A stretch of 63,282 nt of DNA, counting the filler, from Craspedostauros australis (Eukaryota): the NCBI GenBank assembly GCA_030167865.1. It is 5 parts of 5 records of this genome, joined end to end, with 100 filler letters (N's around TTAATTAATTAA, not from the genome) between each part and the next. Parts side by side here need not be neighbours in the genome. Positions count along the whole stretch, not along the records: positions 1 to 24,555 come from JALAGF010006353.1; 4 more parts are not named here. One strand, given 5' to 3'. This document shows positions 1-9,379 of the stretch, piece after piece. Every line of letters begins with the position of its first letter. The first letter of the stretch is position 1. A program made the position numbers and the translations under genes. The notes beneath the pieces are model-generated. The model was not told the origin of the DNA. It saw only the letters and a program-made list of their open reading frames with translations, and did no database searches.

Positions 1-1762
1 AAATCGGAACAAGCTCTCAGCCTCATCCACACTACCTCATCCGTTAGTATGGCACTATTGTTTCATTGCTCAGAACATCCCATCTATCTGCCCCGACGCT
101 TTCCGTACAGATGATCACCACCAGCTTCTCGTCTATCACTCATCCAACAACCGCTGGGGGAGACAGCATATCGCATCCGCCTGTGCAACAGCGTTCACCA
201 ATCATCAACCGCCAGTGCCATTCATGGTTGGCGCTGGCTGTTGCTTGCTCTGTGACTATCCAGACTGCCACNAACGGCCCCAGCAGACAACGGAGAATGA
301 TGACGATCAGCGAGAGCGAGTGATGATACCAAATCCATGGGCGCAAAAAAAAAAAGACACACGATGGTATCGCTGTCGTCGCCTGGAGCAAAATTGGAGC
401 TGTGTTTCCACAGCACCAAGAGGAATTGTTGTTCTATGCAACGGTGCTGTCAACCAAATACAGTTACCCTAAACTCAATCCACAATATAGCGTCCAAACG
501 GTCAGCACGTTGTTGTTCCTTGTCTTTGATCCACAACAACTCTGGAGACGATAACGCACCATGGAACTGATCGTCATACCTNNNNNNNNNNNNNNNNNNN
601 NNNNNNNNNNNNNNNNCTCCAAGTCTGCCTGCGCCGCTGACCACCAAGCGCGCCTTGTGGATGCAACACCATCGTTGACGGTTGGAATTGACGGTGGAAT
701 GTTGATTCTGCGGAAGTTAGCCGATCCATCACAAGATCGAACGTGATCAGCCTCCGATGTGCGAATAATACAAATGTGGGCATGTACAATAAAAAACAGA
801 TTCATTATATGATATACTGCTGTACTCCCCTTCTTGTGTTCAGTGCGGTACATCATTCTGTTGTCGCAGAGCCGCTCCGCAGTTTTGTGGCGCGCCAGAA
901 ACGATTCTCTGAGGAATGTGTGTTGGCACACACAAAACACTCCGGAATCCGTGAGCGCAACGGTGTTGTTCCACACAGGTTTCTACCAAAACACCACATC
1001 TCACGTCTGGCTGTCCACCGAAATCAGAAGTAGAACAGAGCAATTCTTTGGGTGTGACATGAAACAGAACCAGGAAAAGGAATGAAACATGATCAAGAAA
1101 AGAGCAAAATGAACTCACAAACTTCCACAACAACAACAAGACACCGAAATCCTGTCTGAGAGGCGCAACGCGCGGCGACTCGGCAACTCGAGAAGAGCAG
1201 AGCAGAGCACAGCACAGCAGCGTACATCAGGAATGTGCCGTAGTCGCCAGCTGACTTTATTTTGCAGAACGGGACCCTTANCCTCCTGCACCTATCTTGT
1301 CACAGAGTCTCGTGCCCCTTGTATGAAATGAGAGACCACACGTGGAACGCGCGAGATCATTTTACACCGAACCTGCCATTGATCACAGTTGCCGCGCTCA
1401 CGAAGTACTAGCAGCATCAGCAAAAGCAAAAGTAGCATCTCACTATACCTGGTAGAATATGCTGATAGCTCTGCACCTCCATCCCACCCTAATGTCGTAT
1501 GGTACGGCGCAGTGCACGCACGTACCATCGCATTCTGATGCAGTTTTGCTCCTCCACACCTGTTCCAAGTCCACCGCGAGAAACTGCGTGCAATCAATTG
1601 GGGCCAAAAACAGCCGAAATGTATGCCCGTTCGCACGACTGTAGGCACGTCTGAGTTCAGCTTCGAGTGCCTTGCTGTGAGTCCGTCTGAGAGAGGAAAA
1701 AAGAACATTTTCGCCGCTCGCCAACATCCAATTTGGAGTCAGTGATGAGTCGCATCCATGTC
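1..1762. repeat. Dispersed repeat, copy A (runs off the window start); unclassified
   Basis: 1-1762 aligns by eye with 50500-52262, ending at the shared ...GAGTCGCATCCATGTC. 1-271 also matches 49953-50222 (identical predicted ORF peptides). No transposase or RT motif recognised. Confidence 0.9.
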
Positions 1763-2369
1763 GCATCCCAAAAACTGAATCTAATGCACGATACAACACG
1801 ACAGAATAGGTACCTTCATGACCTCCTAACCCATCCAATATACGTTTTAAGAATGTAGTTCTTCTACATATATCTAAAGGAAGTATATGGTAAGGCCTCT
1901 TAAAGTTTATATCAGGATCGCAGATGCGACGCCGACCTGGGCGTAACATTTTCGCTGCAGCGGGTCATAATAGGATGATCTAAGTGATTATCTTAAAAAT
2001 CCGCAAAAACGTACGTTTCTATCCTGAACGAAATCATACATGATTTCGTTGGAACGATGGGAATGTTGGGGAGTTCTTGGATGCGTCTGCCAGTCGACCG
2101 ACGGTATCTTTCCTATTTAACGCCAATGTAACGCACATCTGTCGTTCTCTCTCGTTCATCCATTTTTTGCGTTGGTGGTGCGACCTCGCGGACACGAACA
2201 ACACCCACGTTTGCCACCACCACCATCAGCACCATCATCGCAATCTTCAACCCCAGCTGTTTCGCTCCCCGCACGCTCTGGGAAGCATTGAACCATGCCA
2301 TCGGAGGATCATAGTACAAGTGGATGCTGATCACATGCTCCATAGCTGTTCAACTAGGTGTCGACAGAC

Positions 2370-5285
2370 ATGAAAATGACGGCAGACGAGGTGCTTTCCT
2401 TTCGGTCCATCTTGCCGCATGAACCCGTCCCGAGCGATGGGCTGGGCTATCTGATCCTGCAGGGTGCCTTCGAACCGAAGAATGCCGCAGCAAGCAAGCG
2501 GAAACACAAGAAGAAAGCTTCCGACGCAGGCAGCGACGCTGACCTCAGCCCTGATACCGACAAGCAACAGCATCAGCAACAGCATCAGCAACAGCATCAG
2601 GGATACCACTGGGAATCGCCAGATGATCTTTCCGCTGAGATTCTGCAACGCCTGAAGGAGCACAACCAAACGCGCCTCATTCATCTCACTCGTCTCGCGA
2701 GCACGGACGATGTGGAACCGCAGAGTGTCACAGTTCTCGACTCCAAGCAGCCTTTCACCAAGCTCCGCATAACGCTTCCAACTCCGCAGATTGCCTTGGA
2801 CTTGATGCTTCGGTACCGCAGCACCGGTCTATCGCCATCCGCCTTGTTCCGATCCATCCCGATACCCGAAGGCTTTGCGTTTGGCAATCAGACGTTCCAA
2901 ATCACGCCGGTGACGACGGCGCCGTTACCTGACAAGTGCTGCTGGCCGCGATCCAACCCTCCCAAATTCAGACGCTTGTTGGGTCGACCAGATGACGACA
3001 ACGTTGCAGCGCTGGAGATGGAACGTTCGCAAACGCGCTTCGTCTTCGTCACGGGTCTGCTTCAAACCAAGGTCGTGCCAGACGATTCACCATGGAAGCA
3101 AACGCACACCGTTATCAATGCCATCCGGCAATGGGCCAACACCTACGATTCATCGGGACTGGGGGTGGAAGTCTTCGTGACGCCCAAGAAGATGAAACAG
3201 TCCTGTCATCTGGGCATGCGCTCGTCGGAGGACGCGAAGCGGATGGTGGAATCATGCCAAGGCATCCGTGTGGATTGGAACGTCCAGGAGCATGCCAGCG
3301 GCAATCTCTTCTTGGACTACGCCGCCGTCACACAACGTTCGTTGATGAAATCACAGGCACGCCAGTTAGGTGCAGATGGCAACGATGTGCGTGGCGAGCC
3401 GTCACGGCCCGAATGCACGTCCACAACGAGTGGCGTTCACGTGCCAGGTTTGGTGGTGATCGATGATTACGTGTCGGTCGAAGAGGAAGCAGCCTTGATG
3501 GCCGTCCTGACAGGTCCACAAGCACCCTGGGCACCGGATCAGATCAACAAGAGCAACACCGGCTCGGTCAAGCGCAAGGTGCAGCATTATGGATACGTCT
3601 TTGATTATGAGACGGCCGATGTGCTGCGAGATCGGTCTGCGAAGGGTGCCGATTGTCCTGCGATGCCGTCGGTTCGTTCTCCTGCGCGCGCAAAAGAGGC
3701 AGGAGATGTAGACGAAAACGCTCAGACTAGTAACGGCACTGGTGATCAGCACGGATTAAGCCTGGAACAGCTGTCACAATCCTACGCCAAGGAGGGATAC
3801 GGCTGGGATGTGCTGGGTTGCGTGGTGCAGAAGACTCGACGGTATCCATTCCATCCAAGGCAGGCTTCAGCTTCTGATCCCGAAAGCGAACCCACCACCA
3901 CCACAGATGCGCAAGATGTCCAGCGGTATCCGAATATCAACCAACTCACTGTCAACCACTACAAATCTGGGGAGGGTATTGGATCGCACGTTGACACGCC
4001 GCCAGCATTTGCGGATGGATTGATCAGCATCTCATTGAACGGCGGCATCGTCATGGAATTCCGCAGGGTCGGCGCCGACGTGAAGAAGCTGGTCCATTTG
4101 CCAGCCAGATCGCTGGTGCTGATGTCCGGTCCCGCCCGGTACGAATGGGAGCACATGATCGTCACGAGACGGACGGACACGGTGGATGGCAATGTCATCC
4201 CGCGCAAGCTGCGCGTGAGCCTCACGTTGCGAACAGCCATCTCATTGCAAGGTCAACCAATGCCACTTGTCGAAAGAGACTTCACAACGCCGCCTGTCTG
4301 GGGCAGTGGCAGTGTCAACGGCAGTCGCAGCGACGGTAGGAAGGATGGCGGGACGTCGACCGAGGGCGCAGCCAACGCTCTGGTCACACCATCCACGGAA
4401 CGAGATCACGTGCATGCCGTGTACGACGCGATCGCAACGCAGTGGCACCACACGAGAGGTAAACGCGGGGTGCTGTGGCCAGGCGCGACGCAGTTTCTGA
4501 AAAGGCTCCCAAAGGGATCGGTCGTTGCAGATGTTGGATGCGGCGATGGCAAGTACTTCCCGGCCGTTTGGAACGCTGGGTCCTTCGTGATCGGATCTGA
4601 CATCAGCCGACCGCTGCTGGTGGAAGCGATGAATGCGCCGATGGCGCAGCAGGATGTGACCGAAAATCGACGCGTCCCGCAGCAGTACCAGCAGCTGCAG
4701 CGACGACCGGCCGTGGCTGTGGCAGATTGCATGTCGGTTCCCATCCGCAGCAAGAGCGTGGATGCCGCGATCTGCATCGCAGTCATGCACCATCTCAGCA
4801 CGGAGGCCAGGCGCATCCGATGCATCGAGGAGCTGACGAGGATCGTGCGTCCCAACGGACTGATCAACATCCAGGCATGGGCGATGGAGCAGGCAACCTC
4901 TAGCCGACGCAAGTTTGCTGCGCCCGACGTCTTCGTTCCGTTCAACGCGCAACCGAAGTACTTGGACAGGGTGGAGAAGTCCACCAAACCCAAGGACCAG
5001 CCAAAGTCCACATCCCAACCGAATGCTCCATCATCTGCAACAATGCCACAGGGCGAGAATAACGATGCGCACATATCAACAAGGAAGAGCGTGGCGCAGT
5101 CCTACTCTGAGGCATACACCAACGCGGATTACGACGAGAACAAGGGTCTGGTGGTGTTCCAACGGTACTGCCACATGTACCGCACCGGCGAATTGGAGCA
5201 ACTGGTCGCCAAGGTGCCGGGCGTGCGGTTGCTGGAGAGTGGGTACGAAACTGGCAACCACTTCGTCATCCTGGAGGTGATCTGA
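2370..5285 (+). CDS. ALKBH8: ALKBH8/Trm9-like tRNA wobble-uridine enzyme: RRM-like N-terminus + AlkB 2OG-Fe(II) dioxygenase + SAM methyltransferase
   Basis: AlkB motifs RKVQHYGYVFDY, NQLTVNHYKSGEGIGSHVD (HxD), YEWEHMI, RVSLTLR. Trm9 motifs HVHAVYDAIATQWHHTR, VADVGCGDGKY, DAAICIAVMHHLST, FQRYCHMYRTGELEQL. First in-frame ATG is at 2370; the ORF track starts at GTG 2358, so a short upstream exon is possible. Confidence 0.9.
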   Translation: MKMTADEVLSFRSILPHEPVPSDGLGYLILQGAFEPKNAAASKRKHKKKASDAGSDADLSPDTDKQQHQQQHQQQHQGYHWESPDDLSAEILQRLKEHNQTRLIHLTRLASTDDVEPQSVTVLDSKQPFTKLRITLPTPQIALDLMLRYRSTGLSPSALFRSIPIPEGFAFGNQTFQITPVTTAPLPDKCCWPRSNPPKFRRLLGRPDDDNVAALEMERSQTRFVFVTGLLQTKVVPDDSPWKQTHTVINAIRQWANTYDSSGLGVEVFVTPKKMKQSCHLGMRSSEDAKRMVESCQGIRVDWNVQEHASGNLFLDYAAVTQRSLMKSQARQLGADGNDVRGEPSRPECTSTTSGVHVPGLVVIDDYVSVEEEAALMAVLTGPQAPWAPDQINKSNTGSVKRKVQHYGYVFDYETADVLRDRSAKGADCPAMPSVRSPARAKEAGDVDENAQTSNGTGDQHGLSLEQLSQSYAKEGYGWDVLGCVVQKTRRYPFHPRQASASDPESEPTTTTDAQDVQRYPNINQLTVNHYKSGEGIGSHVDTPPAFADGLISISLNGGIVMEFRRVGADVKKLVHLPARSLVLMSGPARYEWEHMIVTRRTDTVDGNVIPRKLRVSLTLRTAISLQGQPMPLVERDFTTPPVWGSGSVNGSRSDGRKDGGTSTEGAANALVTPSTERDHVHAVYDAIATQWHHTRGKRGVLWPGATQFLKRLPKGSVVADVGCGDGKYFPAVWNAGSFVIGSDISRPLLVEAMNAPMAQQDVTENRRVPQQYQQLQRRPAVAVADCMSVPIRSKSVDAAICIAVMHHLSTEARRIRCIEELTRIVRPNGLINIQAWAMEQATSSRRKFAAPDVFVPFNAQPKYLDRVEKSTKPKDQPKSTSQPNAPSSATMPQGENNDAHISTRKSVAQSYSEAYTNADYDENKGLVVFQRYCHMYRTGELEQLVAKVPGVRLLESGYETGNHFVILEVI

Positions 5286-5750
5286 GGCATGACATTGGTC
5301 TGGTTTGGGGTTGGGTTGAGTTGGGTAGTCGCTGCGAATGTACGTAGACATAATGTGCGTCACAGAGGACCTCATTTCAGCCCTTCAGCGTAAATGTTGC
5401 GTTGATAGTTGTGAAGCTGCATCATGGTTTGTTGTCATCTGGAGTTGAGAGTGCGCTCCTCTACTCTACGACCTGCTCTACACTTGTTTGCCTATCGCCG
5501 CTATTGGAAATTGCGCTTATTGGTCCAACCACCGCAACCCCCAAAAGATCCGAGGCGAAGGCAAAAGCGGGGCATGATGCAACGAAAGGGGTCATTGGTG
5601 ATCCACGGGATCCGCCAGCTTCGTCAAAGCCGATTGGAAGTGAAATCAGTTTCGCGCACAGTCCCAATCGACACGCAGTGCAGAATCAAATCGAGCAGCA
5701 ATCTGTCAGAAGCAGAAGCAGAAGCGATATTAGTCTACGAGGAGTCCAAC

Positions 5751-8700
5751 ATGACAGAGGATTCCGTTAGATACCAGATCACCGGCCGGGTGGCGCACTC
5801 GCGGATCGCACCGCTGCTGCCATCGGACTGGATTGACTGCAGCCCCACTGCTGGAGATGCGACGGCTCCAAATTCAGAGCAATCGCTGCAAGAGGAGGAC
5901 GATGGTGGTGACCGGCAGAGCATCGACTTCCTGTGGGAGAATGCTCCTCGTCACGAGACGAGAGGATACCGGGACAATGTGAAGGTGTACTCTCACCTTC
6001 CCAACGGAACTTCCATCTTGGACAGCAAATGGGTGCTGGGCCGTTTGCTGGGTCGCGATGTTTGCGATGGCACTGACGATCCTTGCTTGGCAACTCTGTC
6101 CACCCACTGCGTGCAGGGACTGGCAGGCTTTCGATCATTCTGCCATGAAGTTGGTCTCGTGCCAATCGACAGCAGCAACCGCAACGCTGGGACTGTCGCT
6201 GACAACGATGTTGCTGGGGTTGGCGGCACTGAAGCACAAAGGCCAACTCAAGCCAACGACTTTTCTGTTGCAGCTTTTGCAGATTTGTGCGACAAGGAGG
6301 ACGCATCTGCGTCTGCGAAAGGCGAGGCATCCCCTCCTCCGGCTCCCACCAATTTCTGGGTGCTCAAGGACTCCAGCAGCAACGGTGCTGGCGGGATTTG
6401 GATCGTCGGCCCAGAAAACGTCCACAGATTCTTGGATGCATCCACATCGCCACTCTTCGAGACGCATCGGTACGTTCTTCAGGAGTACGTTTGGCCGCCG
6501 ATTCTGTATCAACAGAGGAAGTGCCATGTTCGCGTCTATGGACTCGTGACTTCAGATGGCAGGTCATTCTGCCATCAGCGTTGCTTCCTGCATGTCGCCA
6601 ACGACATCTTCCAATACACGTCGCCGACAGTATCATCATCTGCAGCAGCAGCGGCAGCGACAACAGAATCGGTTCGTGCAAGCGGCGATACTGAGTCCAT
6701 GTCCCGAGAGTCATCCAAACAGATCTTTCATGATTCCGTGCACATCACCAACTGCTGTGCCAACAGCCACGATCAGCACAAGTTTGCAGGTGAAATCTTG
6801 GCGGACCTGCAATCCGACCAGTGGGGCGTGGATCCAAACGGAGAGACCATCGTCCTGCTCAAGCAGTTCTACCCATCCATCAAGTCCACCCTCAGCGCCC
6901 TCACCGAGCGCTCATGGCCCTTCTGTGGCAACGGAGGCAGAGCCAACAACGGCTTCGAATACCTGGGAATGGATTTCATCCTTTCCTTCAAACAAGATGA
7001 AGACGATCCCACCCGAACGCATCCCGTAGCGTACCTTTTGGAGGTCAACGCCCCGCCTTCGCAGGACACAGCGACTGGCTTGCCCCACGCGGAGGACCTG
7101 CACAACGACGTTCTGAGGGATCTTCTTCATCTCTGGGTGATTCCGAACATCATGCCTGGAATTCCGGAACGACCAGGTGGTTGGATGTGCGTCTACCAAC
7201 ATCAGGACGAATCGGAAGCGGAACGGCGCCAGCAAAACGAGAACACGAAGACTAGCGACATCGTACCGTCCAAGGCCGTCATCCTCAACAAAATCCGATG
7301 GACGCTCTATGAAAAGAAGCTGATCAAGTCGGCTGCATCCAAGCGATCTTCCGTTGCCGCAGCGTCTCATTCTGCTATCAAAGGCAACGACAACGACAAA
7401 CAACAGACTGCCCCGGCATCAGCGAAAACGGCAACGGTATCAAAGACAGAATCAACGTCGAACACAACCGGTACGCAGCCCTGTGAGAAGTGCAAGATTG
7501 ACACAGCTGCGCATGATGATACCAACGAGATGGACCAAGACATGAAACACCGTGCGTTCTGCCACAATGTCGCAAGCTACGCTCAATCTCAATCCCCGTT
7601 CTTTGGTTATCATGATCAACATACCACAACCACTGCATCCAATCCATCCAAACCACCCAATCGACAGCCGCTGTTCTTTGAGAGTGCTGGGGGCGCGCAA
7701 GTTCCAGAATCAGTGCGAGCCTCGATGATGAAGGTGCTGCAATTCCGACATCGTGACATTGTTGGCAAGCGCTGCAAGGAGGCTGCGCGTGATACCATCC
7801 GGCGCATGCTTGGTGCCTCCGAGGATCGGTATTCCATCTTTCTAGGACAGAATGCAACGACCCTGCTTTCGCTGTTAGCATTCGCGTACTTGCAATGCGG
7901 ATTGTTGACGTGCGCCGATGAGGTCATTATTTGCACGGAAAATCATCTCGCCAACGTCGATCCGTGGCTCAAGGTCTCCGCAATCTCTGGATGTCAAATC
8001 AAGTGGTGGAATCCATTTCGATCGCGCAACAACACCAGCAGCGAAGGTGATACCGATGCAAGAGACAGCCGCGGGGGTAATGGTTCAGATGATCGAAAAC
8101 GAATTTGGTCAAATGACCTCAACGATTTGGTTTCACCCCGGACACGCATCGTCGCCATCTCTCATGCATCCAATTTGTTGGGAGAAGTTCGTGATATTCA
8201 ACAGATTCAGGGCATTGTCAGGAAACAATCCGACGGCCGTGCTCACTGTGTCGTCGATGGTGTCGCTGTGGCACCTCACATCTATCCCAACATCGACACC
8301 AACACTGTGGACTGGTACGTAATTTCGTGCCACAAACTATTCGGCCCTCACATCGGTGCGCTGGCAGGATCCAACAACGTTGTGCAATCCATGTCCGAGG
8401 ACCCAACCGCTGTGTTCAAGTCGCTGGAACTCGGCACCATCAGCTACGAAGCATGCGCGGGCATTGTGGGTTTGGGTCAGTACTTCAGCAACCTGGTGGA
8501 TCGCTGTTGCGAGGGCAGTCGGGTGCCACTGATGGACAAAACTCAGCTGCACGGATATGATCAAGAACCGGGACAGCAGGGAGCGCTCGGAGACAGCGTC
8601 GGTGGGAAACACCGTATTGTCTCCGTGAGTTCCATCTTGTCCTCGCAGGGTTTTCCACATACTCAACAACAGACGCACTCCGAACCAACGCAAGAACAGG

Positions 8701-9155
8701 GGAAGCAACAGCATCCTGAGCAAGCAGATCCATTTCGCGTTGTTCCGAAAGCACACATCGTGGATGCGTATCGACATGTTTTGGAAACTGTCGAGCCAAT
8801 ACTGTATCAGCACCTCGTGGCGATGTTGCAAAAGTCCACAGACAAGATCCGGCTGTTGCAATCTTCGTCGTCGTCATCCTCGTTGCACGTCACCTGCAAT
8901 ATTCCATCCACGCATCAACGACTTCCGATCGTGGCATTCGTCCATCGGACGCTGGCTCCGGCCGAGATTGTGCAATTCTGCCAATCGAATGACATCCTTT
9001 GCCGTGCCAGTACGTTCCTTGCCACGCAGTGGATGTCGGATGACTTTGAGTTCGATTGCAACGAGGGAGTCGTGCGGTTCTCCATGGCACATTACAACGG
9101 AATCAATGAAATCGAGCGTGCCGTGACTGTCCTTGGTACGATGGAAGGTTGGTGA
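5751..9155 (+). CDS. Fusion of a tubulin-tyrosine-ligase-like (TTL) ATP-grasp domain and an aminotransferase class V / cysteine desulfurase-like PLP domain
   Basis: Uninterrupted ORF (open from 5424; likely ATG 5751). TTL motifs WVLKDSSSNGAGGIWIV, YVLQEYVWPPILYQQRKCHVRVY, HITN, FEYLGMDFIL, LLEVNAPP at about 6355-7060. Class V motifs FFESAGGAQVP, ENHLANVDPW, SHASNLLGEV, VVDGVAVAPH, SCHKLFGPHIG (PLP Lys at 8334), ELGT, VRFSMAHYN at about 7670-9150. Confidence 0.85.
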   Translation: MTEDSVRYQITGRVAHSRIAPLLPSDWIDCSPTAGDATAPNSEQSLQEEDDGGDRQSIDFLWENAPRHETRGYRDNVKVYSHLPNGTSILDSKWVLGRLLGRDVCDGTDDPCLATLSTHCVQGLAGFRSFCHEVGLVPIDSSNRNAGTVADNDVAGVGGTEAQRPTQANDFSVAAFADLCDKEDASASAKGEASPPPAPTNFWVLKDSSSNGAGGIWIVGPENVHRFLDASTSPLFETHRYVLQEYVWPPILYQQRKCHVRVYGLVTSDGRSFCHQRCFLHVANDIFQYTSPTVSSSAAAAAATTESVRASGDTESMSRESSKQIFHDSVHITNCCANSHDQHKFAGEILADLQSDQWGVDPNGETIVLLKQFYPSIKSTLSALTERSWPFCGNGGRANNGFEYLGMDFILSFKQDEDDPTRTHPVAYLLEVNAPPSQDTATGLPHAEDLHNDVLRDLLHLWVIPNIMPGIPERPGGWMCVYQHQDESEAERRQQNENTKTSDIVPSKAVILNKIRWTLYEKKLIKSAASKRSSVAAASHSAIKGNDNDKQQTAPASAKTATVSKTESTSNTTGTQPCEKCKIDTAAHDDTNEMDQDMKHRAFCHNVASYAQSQSPFFGYHDQHTTTTASNPSKPPNRQPLFFESAGGAQVPESVRASMMKVLQFRHRDIVGKRCKEAARDTIRRMLGASEDRYSIFLGQNATTLLSLLAFAYLQCGLLTCADEVIICTENHLANVDPWLKVSAISGCQIKWWNPFRSRNNTSSEGDTDARDSRGGNGSDDRKRIWSNDLNDLVSPRTRIVAISHASNLLGEVRDIQQIQGIVRKQSDGRAHCVVDGVAVAPHIYPNIDTNTVDWYVISCHKLFGPHIGALAGSNNVVQSMSEDPTAVFKSLELGTISYEACAGIVGLGQYFSNLVDRCCEGSRVPLMDKTQLHGYDQEPGQQGALGDSVGGKHRIVSVSSILSSQGFPHTQQQTHSEPTQEQGKQQHPEQADPFRVVPKAHIVDAYRHVLETVEPILYQHLVAMLQKSTDKIRLLQSSSSSSSLHVTCNIPSTHQRLPIVAFVHRTLAPAEIVQFCQSNDILCRASTFLATQWMSDDFEFDCNEGVVRFSMAHYNGINEIERAVTVLGTMEGW

Positions 9156-9379
9156 CGTACCTATGGTAGTCGTAACGGCAGACTGACAAAAGTCAGTGCT
9201 TGCTCGGAGTACAGTATTCCACAGTACGAGTATTGTTTTGCTTGTGCACAACATGGCAGCTGTCATCGCGTGCATACTATTAAAACGAGGTACCAAAGGA
9301 CACTCTGGAAGGGACGGACGCATTCTTGTCATTACACTACTTTGTATCATGTGGAGCACCTCCAATTACACGAGCTTGA

